Shown here piece after piece: positions 26,128 to 39,729 of a DNA stretch of 64,000 nt (the stretch's first letter is position 1; each line of letters begins with the position of its first letter). Under the pieces are notes generated by a model. The model did not search any database. It was given only the letters and a program-made list of their open reading frames with translations, and was not told the DNA's origin. The position numbers and the translations under genes are program-made. Origin of the DNA: Octopus bimaculoides (Eukaryota); assembly GCF_001194135.2 (NCBI RefSeq), contig NC_068989.1, positions 8,818,902 through 8,882,901 of the forward strand. The letters are read 5' to 3'.

Positions 26128-27487
26128 GTAAGATAAAGACAACATCAATTTTTAAACATGTACACGAGATTAGTTTACATCATTTTATTGTTTTTTTGTT
26201 TTTGTTACTGTATCTCGGGAAAGTCGTTATTCCGATAATAGACACACACACTGGTTCTATTTCACGTCCTTACTTTTATTTGTCAATTGGTTAACTATTC
26301 AACCAGTTAATTAATAATCAATTGTTTGAGTAATCATTTGGTCAAACAATCAATCAGCTAGGCCCTTCGAAGCCCTTTCCTCACCACTGGCAATCTAATC
26401 AATGACATGCCGTCCTTATCCTAAGTCTACTTCAAGCCTGTCAAATAAAAATAAAGAAGGGAAATAGAATCAGTGCGTGTGTTCATTATTGGCATAATAA
26501 CTCTCCCAATATACAACGATGTTTCAGCACACGAGACCACATTAAGTATCTTGCCATCCAAATGCAAGAAAGAAATTCTAATTCTCCTTCTGTGTGTGTG
26601 TGTGTGTGTGTGTGTNNNNNNNNNNNNNNNNNNNNNNNNNNNNNNNNNNNNNNNNNNNNNNNNNNNNNNNNNNNNNNNNNNNNNNNNNNNNNNNNNNNNN
26701 NNNNNNNNNNNNNNNNNNNNNNNNNNNNNNNNNNNNNNNNNNNNNNNNNNNNNNNNNNNNNNNNNNNNNNNNNNNNNNNNNNNNNNNNNNNNNNNNNNNN
26801 NNNNNNNNNNNNNNNNNNNNNNNNNNNNNNNNNNNNNNNNNNNNNNNNNNNNNNNNNNNNNNNNNNNNNNNNNNNNNNNNNNNNNNNNNNNNNNNNNNNN
26901 NNNNNNNNNNNNNNNNNNNNNNNNNNNNNNNNNNNNNNNNNNNNNNNNNNNNNNNNNNNNNNNNNNNNNNNNNNNNNNNNNNNNNNNNNNNNNNNNNNNN
27001 NNNNNNNNNNNNNNNNNNNNNNNNNNNNNNNNNNNNNNNNNNNNNNNNNNNNNNNNNNNNNNNNNNNNNNNNNNNNNNNNNNNNNNNNNNNNNNNNNNNN
27101 NNNNNNNNNNNNNNNNNNNNNNNNNNNNNNNNNNNNNNNNNNNNNNNNNNNNNNNNNNNNNNNNNNNNNNNNNNNNNNNNNNNNNNNNNNNNNATATATA
27201 TATATATATATATATACAGAACCTGTATGTCTAAGTTAGGTTATATTACAGACCTTAGCATGGCTCTCTAAAATATTTTCGTACAAATCTTGAAATGTTT
27301 CGTGCATGTAATACTAATTAGTTTACTTGTTTTCATTAAAAGAAAATAATCTATGGATAGTTATATACTATTTGGAATGTTGCACTGTTCTTTAGGAACA
27401 TGTGAGACACAAGATATTGGTGCGGTTCTCAATGAAATACTAACGAAAATTCACATAACGTTTGTATATATGTATTTAAATGTGGAT

Positions 27488-27519
<32 letters not shown>

Positions 27520-29869
27520 GGAGGGAGGGAAGGAGGTAGGTAGGTAGGTAGGTAAAGAGGTAGACACACACACAGACAGATAGATAGATAACTTTGTTTA
27601 TTGGATGCAGAGGGCCAATTTCTCACGCTGGCGAGCATTTTTGAGGTGTGGGGGATCATTTTCAACTTATTCCAGAAAGATTAAAGATTAATTTACCATA
27701 CTAACGATAGTTAATTTCGTCCGAATTGATTCCATTATACTTTAATGGTGCCTTCACAATATAACAACGTTTCGCACCGATTTACGTATCAATCCTCAAC
27801 GATTTTCATCCTGTGATCAAGTTCATCCAATGAAACCTAGCTTACCATCGATTAGTACGAAGTCATCTTTTAAGTCGCGTGCGACCACAGTTTGACTAAA
27901 TTTATCAGACGCGCAATTTAATCTCTGAGTAATGGCCGTGTGAATCGCTAACTGTTCATCTGTACACATAAATATGAACACATGAACGCGCGCGCCCAAA
28001 ATTATATATACATATACACGGTTGACATTGCTTAAATCTAGGTCACCTCTCAACCAACTCTAGCCTTGACTATCTTGTCCTATTTTTATAAGCAATATAC
28101 CTCAAGCTACATTATGCAATGTCTCCTATTTTTAGGGCTTTATGGTGTGGTTTGAGAGGGATTTGGCTGTTATGTGTAGCAGATCAAGCGACTACAAAAG
28201 GCTTTTTCGTTGATATGGAAGTTAAATATTTAGGTGACACGTCGAAACCGAAACCGAAACGATAAGGTTGTTAGCTGCAAGAAATCGAGTTGACATCTGA
28301 TGCTATGAAGAATGCCACAAAGGAAATATTATTACAAAGCTAAATTCATGTCCTTTTAGATCGATCCAAATGTTGAATGGAACATGCCGCTCAATATCAG
28401 AGCAGAGCAATGGAGTCGTTATCTTAGCATTTCAGGATATCATATTAAGAGGCAGTTATTATTCTTCATTACAATGAACCTATTTCTATCGTAATGATCT
28501 ATTGAATAACCGACTCTCTGCTCGTTTCAGACGTGATTTATGGTCATTTGTAACACCCAATGAGCAGGTTTATCTTGCTAAAATAGACATTGTTCTGCAT
28601 TTTATTCTCGGCCAACCAGCAACAACCGATATTTTGCTTCACTTATCAAAAGGATTAAAATCCCAGCAAATGTGTTAAAAGTCAGAAAATTCAATAAGTA
28701 CCGATAAATATTATATTATCTGTGATTCTTTACTAACTTTTAGACTTAGAAAAGATTGTATTCTGACGTAAAACGACACTTGTATATCAAAAACTGCTAT
28801 GTTAAGTCTGATACTGAAGACTAAAAAGACAGTAGTAATCAAAACACAAAAGTATCATTATTCCATTCGGTTCATATTTATTTCTCAAATATCTTAATCA
28901 CTGAAGCATTACATTTTTGTTTTAAATTACGTTCAAGATCCGTTTTCGTATATATAAATATCGAAGTCGATTTATGTGATCTTTTCACTGTTTTATTCTT
29001 ACTAAAGTTATCGATCTTTTAGAGATACATAGGAAAGTGTGCTTCGTCTCAAATATTTGTTATGGCTTCGAGGAAGAAGTGCGCGCCCATGATCTTTTGC
29101 AAGGCCTTAAAAAATCGGGGTTGATCGAGAACCCGCAACTTATGCCTTACTGTAGTAACACATAGAATTATTGTCAGTTTCCGTGACCTACCCGGTGTAC
29201 TTAGAACAGAATAGATTCCGCTGGGAGTAGTAAGGACTATGTGGTAATGCGAAAGCAGGAATATTTAGCAATTGAACCCGGATCCCTATATCCGATGTAA
29301 AAAAAAAAAACAAGCAACTCTAGATTACGGTTGAGATTCGCTATAATATTTACTTACGTCGTCAACAAAATTTGACCCAATCAACACGTCGCTTGGAACC
29401 TGATCTAACAACAATTTTATCTTCGGCGCGATTTATTCTGAACCAAACCACTTCTATTTATTCAGTGCATTTTAGCCACTACTGACAAACGGTTGGTGGA
29501 ATACATCAGACCGGAAACGGAAGGCAGCACCGGCAGGAGCTGACCAAGGAGCTGTAATAACACAAAATCAATGAATGGACGGCGATAGTAACACGCAATG
29601 ACCAGCTAACATTTTGACAGCTATTATTATCACAACAGCCCAAGAACAATCTCCGAACTTTCTCAATATTTTGTCGTTCATAGCAACGACAACATGTTTT
29701 CTTTACGATAAGAATAAATATATTTTTATCAAATGTCTCAAACAAATTTCAGTGTTCTTCATATAATAAGTCTAATAACCAAAATTAGATATGGTTTGAC
29801 CTAGTTATAACATTCTCAAAGGATATAGGGTTGGAGTTTGGTCAGGATAAATGTTGTTATATAGTTGTG

Positions 29870-30760
29870 AAAAGGCTCCCACTTTGAAAGGTATGCGTTT
29901 GCAATCCAGGAACAGGAAATATCAACCAAATACCTGATGCACACAAGGGATAGAGATGCAGGAAAAGCAGTAAAATGTAACAACCGATGCAGATTTGTGG
30001 TGTTAACACCGAAGAAATTACCCACATCGTAAGCAGTTGACCGAAAATGTCATCACGGTATATCTACTGATGAGGCATGAAGTTGTAGCTAGGATACTCT
30101 ATAATGAAATCCGTTGGAAGGATAACCTCGAGGACAAAGAAATAAGAACCCACACTCATAAGCCACTCATAATAAAAAGGAGTACTGGTGGAATGTCTCA
30201 GTGAAGACCTCAATAAAATGTAAGCACAACAGACCTGATATAATGATTTGGGATGAGAAGAGAAACTGTGTACAGTTATGGAAATCAGCTGCCCAGGGGA
30301 TGTTAACATAAAGCTGAAGATCAGTGAAAAAGAGAATACCTACGCTGAACTATTGAGAAATCTACAGTTACTCTATCCAGATTAGAAGTTCAGGTTTATA
30401 CCTGTAATTATTGGGACCCTGAGATATGTAACACTCTGCCTAAATACTAATCTTTAGAAATTAGACAGAATGGCGAAAGCTAATTCGAAGACTACAGATC
30501 CAGTCCATCACTAGAACAGTAAAAATCTGTAAAATTTTCCAGAAGTTTGTCATTTAAATATATATGAGCATGTCTAGATATGCAACTATACGGATTAGGA
30601 TACATACATAAAACAAACCATACAAACCTGTATACATACATACATACATGCATACAAAAATACCCTGTTGTTGATGTTGAAATTCCAATGAAGGAACCTT
30701 GGATCTAGGTTAGAAACCGGTTCTTTCTCTATTGGCAAGAACTCTTGAAATAAAACTGAA
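29870..30760 (+). mobile_element. non-LTR retrotransposon with restriction-like endonuclease (R4/Dong/NeSL-like), 3' fragment
   Basis: Reads FAIQEQEISTKYL...CRF/CGVNTEEITHIVSS*PK (decayed CCHC knuckle)...RHEVVARILY...NRPDIMIWD...MEISCPGDVN..K.SEKENTY.EL...FIPVIIG (PD-(D/E)xK RLE), with stops and frameshifts; followed by (TACA)n. Confidence 0.75.
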
Positions 30761-31254
30761 CAAGGACATACATACATACATACATACATACATACATACA
30801 TACATACGTATAAACATACACACTCACACATACATATAAACCAGATAGATAGCCATATGCAAAATAATTCCGATTATTAGAGCTACGAGAATAATCCCAA
30901 GCAAGGTTGAAGGTAATTAGACTTAGCTCCATATATGAAATGTCATGAAAATAACCTTTCGCATCTTAAAAAAAAGTAAAGCGTCCGTCTCATTGAATCG
31001 CAATCATTTTAGTAGGGCTTTCAGACGAAAACAACATTGTGCGTTTGCTGGCGTTCATAATTCTCTGTCGCACGCTATTCCATGCTCATCTATCTATCTA
31101 TCTATCTACTTATCTATTTATCTTATATTTTCTTTTCTGTCTTTTCCATTCTGTCCTTAATATACATTCGTTTTGACCAGGATGCTTGCTTGTTTCAAGC
31201 AAAACTTCCTTTTAATGCACGCATTATTAGCGTGTAGCACACACATACATGCGT

Positions 31255-31293
<39 letters not shown>

Positions 31294-31529
31294 GTATATA
31301 TTCAGTATATATCAGTGGCGTTTCCAGTATAGACGTCATGCAGTGCATGCCTAAGATGAATAATCGAACTGGTTTTTAATGTAAAACTGCCATTTTTATG
31401 GGAGACAGTTGAGAAAAGCGTACAAAACATACAATATGCATGTCCTACGTCAATTACATGACTTCGATTCTTTTACATTTGGTTTTCATTCTCTGGCTTA
31501 AAGTATGTGTATATATACGTTTGTATACG

Positions 31530-31576
31530 CATTACGTGTGTGTGTGCGCGTGCGTGAGCGTGAAAATATATATGTA

Positions 31577-31629
<53 letters not shown>

Positions 31630-31818
31630 CACATACATGCATATATATATATACATTCTTGTATATATATATACACATATATATATACACACACACACAC
31701 ATGTATGCATATATGTGTATATATATATATAATACACATATATATACATATATATAATACACGTATGCATATATGTGTATATATATATATAATACACATA
31801 TATATACATATATATAAT

Positions 31819-31891
<73 letters not shown>

Positions 31892-31910
31892 TACATATAC
31901 ACATACATAT

Positions 31911-31948
<38 letters not shown>

Positions 31949-31950
31949 TT
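31530..31950. repeat. compound (TA)/(CA)/(TG) microsatellite field
   Basis: Alternating purine-pyrimidine tracts; the source of several spurious IY/HT/CV ORFs. Similar fields at 44480-45320, 50030-52270 and 59090-59310. Confidence 0.9.
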
Positions 31951-32093
31951 AATATTTTGCATTAATGGGTATATGTCGATTAGTGTGTTGAAGTGTTGAG
32001 TAGAGCACTGGCACGGTTTGGGCTAACTCGACGGGCGTATAACATGACCACCTAAACTCAGGATCTTTAGCAAGACACAACTTTATGTATGGA

Positions 32094-32199
32094 TGTACCT
32101 GATGAGACTCAGACCGCAAAATCGATGCAACACCACATGTTGAACGGAGTCCCGCCCATAAGGGACAGTAGCAGGATGGGTCGAAACGATCGTTGTGCA
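32094..32199 (+). ncRNA. type I hammerhead ribozyme motif (Penelope-type, enlarged loop II)
   Basis: Stem I TGTAC/GTGCA; core CTGATGA (32099-32105); stem II GACTC/GGGTC; GAAA; palindromic stem III ACGATCGT; predicted cleavage after GUU at 32194. All core nucleotides match the hammerhead consensus. Activity not shown. Confidence 0.7.
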
Positions 32200-32686
32200 A
32201 ATTAAAAGATTAATACCAAATTCATCTTCTCGTTACTTAATCAATTATCATTATATATAAATATATATGTACGTGTGTGTTTGTGTGCATATTCATGTCT
32301 GCGTATCTGTATATGTATAAACATACGACAATGAAGACTACATTTTGAAATTTTCGTCATTATTGCAATGTCTATGCCATTTATAGCAAGCAAAGATTTT
32401 AAAATAGAATGCTTCAAAGAATAAAACTGGACTTCAACACGCATGTGTACGAGTGTCTTTACGCATGCGCATATCTGTCTGTCTGTATGAACGCGTACGT
32501 GTCTATTGTTGCATGTATGAATTCAGAAAAAGTTACATAATTCAAAGTAGTTTATTCATTCGTTCGAGGCTAAACCCTGATTCAGTTGACTCCCAGTTTC
32601 CTGTTTCTTTCGCATGTTTTTCAAGCGTGCAAGAAATCGGAAACGCAGCGTAGTCAGAAAGTAAAGATTTATACTCGAGTGGTTGT

Positions 32687-32734
<48 letters not shown>

Positions 32735-32789
32735 TATCACTTTTGTAAGTAGCGTGAGTGTGCATGCCTGTATGTGTGTTGCGTGTGTG

Positions 32790-32822
<33 letters not shown>

Positions 32823-33983
32823 GTAGGTAGGTAGGTCAAAAAAGCAATACAAATCACACATCGAAAGATATATATATATATATGTATGTATAGATATATG
32901 TGTGTATGTGTGTGTATATGCATGTGTATGCGTTTGTGTATATAAATAACAGCTCTCTATATATATAGAGAGAGAGGGGGGAGAAAGAGAGAGAATCGTT
33001 AAGACCATAGAAGTGGCCCAATTTTATTGCACTCTGTTAGCCGGTATTTGCAGGAGTGTTGACTTAGCATTGGAAGAGAGTCGACTCCCCAGATACAGAA
33101 AATGATTAACACTTTCTAGGACAGCACCTTTTATTTCAAACACTGATTTTGCACATTTTGCCTCGACAGGTGATGGTTAGAAAATGACTTATATCGATTC
33201 CATTCAAGTAGCGTAGGTAGACCACGAGTTTATGACAGAAGATAACCTCGCAATGTACCACGCAGTGGGAGCGAACTATAAATCAAGGATTTACGAAAGG
33301 ATTTTTTAAACGATGTAACCATGCCTGTCTTTTCTTGATATTGCTAACACGGAGCAGAAAGCTGATCGTGATTGCTACCTTGTAATTTAAATTTATGATT
33401 TTAAAAAAAATGTTTTCTCCCTAAGCTATTGTGGCATGTCTAAATTTTTCTTTAATTTACGTCAATTACATGCGTTCGGTCATAGAATTATCACGCTGGC
33501 AAATAGTTTAGATATTCGGAGAAAAATAAGGCTGTAATTGCAAAATGAATTATCTTCTGAACACATATATAATAAAAACAAAATACGCAAAATGGAAATA
33601 CATTTTATTTTAACCACACGGAACATTTAATCGCTACACAAGTTCCTCGGGAGCTAGAGAATCTATTATTGTCTATTATGACAGGAAATGGCAAGTCCCT
33701 CTATTCCTGTTATTGTTGCTTCTCGTGTTGTTGCTTTTGTTATTGTCGTTGTTGTTGCTGTCATTACTGCTACTGCTGCTGTTGATGATGATGATGATGA
33801 TGATGATGATTAGCTATCTTTGCCCTCAGTTACACAAGTGAAGTGAGCAATTAACTATCAACCGTTGTATCAGCATCCACTTATAGTGAACAATAATTAA
33901 CAGAATTGCTTCCTATAATAGCATTCATCTACGAAAACTTGATATCCACTTGATATTTTCATGATATCCTCTTCAAGCTGTTG

Positions 33984-34034
<51 letters not shown>

Positions 34035-34527
34035 GTCTTCGCTTGTTTATATGTATGTATTTTCTCGTTTTTATTTTTACATAAAATCACAAATATTGAG
34101 GCAAATTTTAATCAACGCAGGAATTTATTAAATTGGCAACATTACTACTTGATAATTTCTAGAGGAGGCCTTGGCTAAATTTCTGTTACTGACGCAACGT
34201 GTCTTCCCAACTTTACAGATGATGGCTTTTATTTTGTGAAAACTAATGAGATGGCCTACTGACTAAGTGAATTATGTATTACTGAAATCTTGGAGAGAAT
34301 CGGAAATTCATATTTAAATATGGCGGAATTTCAAATTAAAAGCTAGAGCTAATAATCGTATTACTGTGTGTAGTTTATTTATAAAATGCAGTGTTAGTGT
34401 TATCAAAGAACACAGTGACATACTCACATAACGGGTGAATTAACTTCAAAGTTAGTTCTCTTCTTGTGATGTATCCCAGAGGATTATGTTTTAATTAATC
34501 GCGCCCATTATTATGTTTCTGTTTTAA

Positions 34528-34945
34528 GGCGGCGAGCTGGCAGAATCGTTAATACGCCAGACAATATTTACGGTCATTTCGTCCATTTTTACCTTCTGAG
34601 CTCAAATTCCGCCGCGTTCGACTTTACCTTTCATCTTTTTGAGGTCAATAAACTAAGTATCAGTAGAACACTGGGGTCGATGTAGTCGACTAAAAACCGT
34701 TCCCTGAAGTTACTGGCCTTGTGCCAAAATTTGAAATTAATATTGTCAAGTTTCTTAGACAGCGAGCTGGAAGACAAAAAATGTTTAGCGGCATTTCTTG
34801 CGTCTTCACGTTCTGAGTTCAAATTCCACCGAGGTCGATTTTGCCTTTCGTCCATTCGGAGCCGATGATACCACTCAATACCACTCAAGCATTAAGGTTG
34901 ATGTAATTGCCTAGCTCATCAACTCAAATTTGAGGCATTGGGTTT
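34528..34945 (+). mobile_element. two tandem SINE family A copies
   Basis: Heads at ~34528 (GGCGGCGAGCTGGCAGAATCG) and ~34760 (AGCGAGCTGG), each with GAG(C/T)TCAAATTCC. Confidence 0.75.
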
Positions 34946-35350
34946 ATATTAGAAATAACAGTTATTATTATTCATATACACACAACAGATTAGACTGTTG
35001 GAAAAGAAAAATTCCTAACATCAGAAAACAAGTAACCTTAGATGCCAAGGACCCTCCTAAGTATCCTAGCTGTCTCTAATAACACTGTTTTCTGAAGCTG
35101 TACTAAACTGGGTTTTATGCCTAATTCCTCTATCTATCTGTTCAAATATTTAGGGATAGTTCCCAATACACCTATAACGTTTCAAAGAGTATAAAGTTCA
35201 TTTGAATTGTAAGAGATATTTTTTATGACAATAATTAACGTTTATTTAGCAAAGCATCTATACTAATAGACTTTTATACTCTAGAACAGACACACACTAA
35301 TATATATATGTGCTATGAGTGCTCTGTTCCTTATATATATATTCTTTTCT

Positions 35351-35558
35351 ACTCAAGAAACAAGGCCCGAAATTTGTGGGGAGGGAACCAGTCGATTAAA
35401 TCCACCACAGTATGCAACATGGTACTTAATTTAATGACTCCAAAAGGATGAAAGGCAAATTCGACCTCGGCGGAATTTGAACTCAGAACGTAGTGGCAGA
35501 CGAAATACCACTAAGCATTTCGCCCGGTGTGCTAACGTATCTGCCAGCTCGGCGCCTT
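35351..35558 (-). mobile_element. SINE family A copy
   Basis: ...CGACCTCGGCGGAATTTGAACTCAGAACG...CTGCCAGCTCGGCGCC. Confidence 0.85.
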
Positions 35559-35751
35559 ATATATATTATAGATACATAAATACACACATACCTGCGTATA
35601 CACGTACACACGACGATGGGAAACGATTTAGTTGAGCAATCTGGGTCAAGAAATAAAGACAGAGTTGCGGACACATTGTGACTAGTGGTATAGACCAGCG
35701 GAGAGTCCGTCAGACAGACAGATGGATAGACAGATAGATAGACAGACAAAG

Positions 35752-35785
<34 letters not shown>

Positions 35786-35963
35786 TATCTCTGTCTCTGT
35801 GTGTCCTTATCTCGTGTAGCTTTTGGAAATAATATAAATCTTAAACTGCAATAATTTTAATTAATATGATCAACTCGATACTTGAATTCGGTATCCCTGC
35901 TTGGCTGAAGTCCAAGTACTTAAACTAATAAAACACAATAAAGGAATACATTAAGAGTGAGAT

Positions 35964-36062
<99 letters not shown>

Positions 36063-36828
36063 CAGCGACAGAAAAAGAGAAATGGGTGAGAAATATATAC
36101 GTACTTACTTAACGTATGTTGGGAGAACAAATACGGTGAAATATGTTTACTGAAGAATAATTTGTGAGAAATTGTTTCTTCAAATTAAAACTATTTAATT
36201 TGAAAATTGATATAAGTAAGAATTAACCATAAATCTTTCTGTGCCTTTTCGATAGTTTGTTTTTAAGATTTATTACTAAAGTAAGTCCTCACAAAAGAGA
36301 ACATAGCAGAATGGAATGTTCAAATGTTCTTCAAAGTAACTCCATCTAATCTCCCGCCTTGAGTAATTTCTTGGTTAAATTTGATTTAATACATTATTAT
36401 TAAGATTTGTCTCTTAATGTAAAACCTTACCGTATGTTTGATTAATTCTGTCGTCCTTCGAGAAAATGCTGTCGTTTAAGATAAGAGCTAATCTCATTAG
36501 CATTCGCTTAATCAAGCATGCATTCGACTCTTATATCCAAAGTAAGAGCAATAACGGAAAAGACATCGAAGCCTATGACACCCATACCTACGTATATATG
36601 TGTGCATACACTGATAAAGAGATACATACATACATACATACATACATACATACATACATAGACAGACAGGAAGGCAGGCAGACAGAGAGATAGACAGACA
36701 GATAGATAGATAGAGAGATAAATAGATAGATAGATCGGACAAAGAGAACGGTAGATACATGTGTTTGCCTATCTGCGCAAACACATGTATCTATACGCGC
36801 TTGTGTGTGTGTGTCTGTGCGTAACTAA

Positions 36829-37075
36829 CACTCCGTTGGTTGCGACGATGAGGGTCCTAGTTGATCCGATCAACAAAACAGTCATTTTGTGCAATTAACG
36901 TGCAAGTGACTGAGCACGCCACAGACACATGAATCCTTTGCGTAGTTCTTAGGGAGATTCGGCGTAACACAGAGTGAGACAAGACTGGCCCTTTGAAACA
37001 CAGTTACGACTCACTTTTGCCAGCTGAGTGGACTGAAGCAACGTGAAATAAAGTGTATTGTTCAAGGACAATACA
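36829..37075 (-). mobile_element. SINE family C/D hybrid-type copy
   Basis: Family C tail (CACTCCGTTGGTTGCGACGATGAGGG...) joined to the family D core (TTTTGCCAGCTGAGTGGACTG.AGCAACGTGAAATAAAGTG). Confidence 0.7.
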
Positions 37076-37135
37076 CTATATATATATATATATATATATA
37101 TAGATAGATAGATAGATAGATAGATNNNNNNNNNN

Positions 37136-37170
<35 letters not shown>

Positions 37171-37838
37171 TAAAGAAAGAAAGAAAGAAAAATAACCAGA
37201 CAGCAACCATGTAGGCAGATAAATAGAGAGAGAGAGAGATGTGTGGGTGTTTGGATGGTGGACGGACAGACGGACGAACCTATACTGATGGATATCTATA
37301 TGTAAGTGTATATTATCTCTGTGTATGTGTATCTACATATACCTGGATTTCTAATTTAAGGTCTGGGCCAGAGAATTGATTAAATTTATTTCAGTACCTG
37401 ACAGTTCAATTTTTAATCAACCCTGAAAGAGTAAAAAGGCAGATTTTATCACTGCCAGATTTGAACTCAGTTTACCAAGAGACGTTACAATATAGTGCAA
37501 GGCTTTGGACCCAGTAGTCCGTTATTTGTCTTACATGTTCTCGAGAGAGAGAGAGAGATTGCTTTAAACAACATTGTTTTAGACCAAGGTTAGAGATATT
37601 CTATTACGTACAACCGCTTAAATGTTCTGCTATTTAGTTTCATAATATCACGTTCAGAATTCGATAAGATCAACTTTGCCTTTCATTTCTCCGCATTCCA
37701 TAAAGCAAATACCTGTGCAATAATCTATCATAATCCCTCGTTTGACAAGAGGGATACTTAACACTGTGCCTTGCAAATTATTGATACATAACGTAATATT
37801 CTCATTTTTTGTTCTTGTCTTTTTCTGTGTCGTTTCAG

Positions 37839-38033
37839 CTGTCCCCGGCTCGCGTAACGTTGTTAAATACGATTGTTGTCCACAAATTTACTTGGATGCA
37901 ACTTATACAATTCATATTCGTCGTCGAACTCTATATTATGGCTTCAACATCATCATACCGTGTGTGCTTATTTCTGCACTGTCTCTGTTATTATTTATCC
38001 TTCCACCGGACGCTGGAGAGAAAATATCATTAG
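37839..38033 (+). CDS. CHRNA7: nAChR alpha7-like subunit, loop C + M1 exon (equivalent to CHRNA7 exon 7)
   Basis: Acceptor gtcgtttcag|CTGTCC and donor CATTAG|gtaaga; 195 nt, phase 1-1. Translates (A)[64 protein letters not shown]: Y-x-CC (alpha subunit), RRRTLYY, M1 and GEK. Confidence 0.97.
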   Translation: MSPARVTLLNTIVVHKFTWMQLIQFIFVVELYIMASTSSYRVCLFLHCLCYYLSFHRTLERKYH

Positions 38034-38462
38034 GTAAGATTATTTTTTAACCATTTTGTTACTGAAAATGACGGTGGGTTTGAAAATATGTTGCTGTATT
38101 TACTTACGAGCCTTTATGCTCTAAGTCAAAGTTTCTCAGTGTGAATTGATCTCAGAACGTATTTTAAGATCATAAAGTTTAAGAAATATACTGAAATGGA
38201 AGCCTATTAATTTTTACATGATATTGCTGAGAAAAAGGAGAAAATATTACAGGGGAAACCTTGTGTCGCTAGAAAATAGTTAAAAGATGAAATGAACGAT
38301 AAAATAATTCCTTCAAATATTGAATCACATATTCAGAGAAGATCACTAGTATGGTGGGCAAAGGGACATAGGCTCGTAACTGAAAAACCGGAAGCGGAAG
38401 GCAAATATACAGTAGAAGGTGGGGGTCAAACACAAACGCAAAGACGCACACACGTATGTATG

Positions 38463-38519
<57 letters not shown>

Positions 38520-38520
<1 letters not shown>

Positions 38521-38672
38521 TACGACTCTCTCCCACACGGCTTCCGTCTACTAAATTCACTCTCAGTGCATAGGACTAAAGTAGAAGACACTTGCTCAAA
38601 GTGTTGTGCAATGGAACTGAACCCGGAGCAAGGTGCTGAGATATCGAGATTCTTAAACACACAGCTGTTTCT
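38520..38672 (-). mobile_element. SINE family B-related copy
   Basis: TACGAC...TTCCGTCTACTAAATTCACTC...GTAGAAGACACTTGCTCAAAG...GGAACTGAACCCGG. Confidence 0.6.
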
Positions 38673-38884
38673 GTGCCTATTAGACAAAATATCGGTTCCT
38701 TTTTAAATGCACAAGAATACTCTGTACCTTATAGAAATGCGAAATAAACGACGGTGCTTTTATCAATAACATTACCGTCGCATTGCTTCCATCAGAATTG
38801 AAAATGCATGACGGTTTCAGGTAAACTGACAATATTTGATTTTGGCTTTTTAATTCTTTTATTCGTTCATACTTTTATTCGTTT

Positions 38885-39015
38885 AATTCTGAGTTCAAGT
38901 GCCTTTGCCTTTCATCCCTTTCGAGATCGATAAAATAAGTACTAATTGAGCACGGGGATCAATGCATTCGACTTATTCGCATCCTTTAGAATTGCTGGCC
39001 TTGTGCCAATATTTG
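38885..39015 (+). mobile_element. 5'-truncated SINE family A copy
   Basis: CTGAGTTCAAGT...TTTGCCTTTCATCCC...GCTGGCCTTGTGCCAATATTTGAAA. Confidence 0.65.
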
Positions 39016-39689
39016 AAAACATTTCTGAAACATTTTAAAAACATTTTTTAAATACAATGCGGGAAATATGACTGCAATTTCTAGTCACGGTTGAGCGAGC
39101 CTAAAAATTAAGTAAACAAAGGATACCCACCATAGCTTAGATTATAAGGAAGCATTTGGCAATTGGCTACTATTTGTAGCAGATCAAGTGTCTACATAGA
39201 AGCTCACTCATTCATTCGCGTGACTCAGTTTGCACGGATTGTACATGTACTAAATAATCCAAATTCATACCTCATTTTTCATACAGCGATTACACAAACT
39301 TAACTGTACTCCTCAGAAGACATTTAATTAATGAGAATATTAGAGAGATATATTAATATCCAGCGTCGTCAAAAGGCATTCATACTTATAAGAGGAGTGA
39401 GCAAGAGAAACAGTAACGTTGATGGTTTTCCTAAAGCATAAGCTCTGTATATAAAATTAAATACCGGCAGCTAAGAATAGAAACGTGGCAGTAAACCGTA
39501 TATGGCGCTCTTTTGTATGCATTAAAATTAATAATAATATCTCAGTTATTAATAAATAATTCACTCGGAAACATAAACGTTTGCACAAGCACACAAACAC
39601 ACAAACACATACACATACACACATGCACGTACACGCATACGAGTACACATACATACACATATATATACATATATATATGCATATATATT

Positions 39690-39729
<40 letters not shown>

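Noticed and set aside
30676-30740. Hammerhead in the 3' UTR of the R4-like element
   Set aside because: CCAATGA instead of CTGANGA, and an unpaired base before GAAA; better explained as a plain terminal hairpin.
31440-31965. IY/CV/HT/LS-rich ORFs here and throughout the window
   Set aside because: Translations of (TA)n, (TG)n, (CA)n, (CT)n and (TATC)n microsatellites.
25871-38033. Calling the gene a cephalopod chemotactile receptor (CR)
   Set aside because: Vicinal cysteines and the loop A/B/C aromatics are intact, the intracellular loop has the alpha7-type motif, and the exon structure follows CHRNA7.
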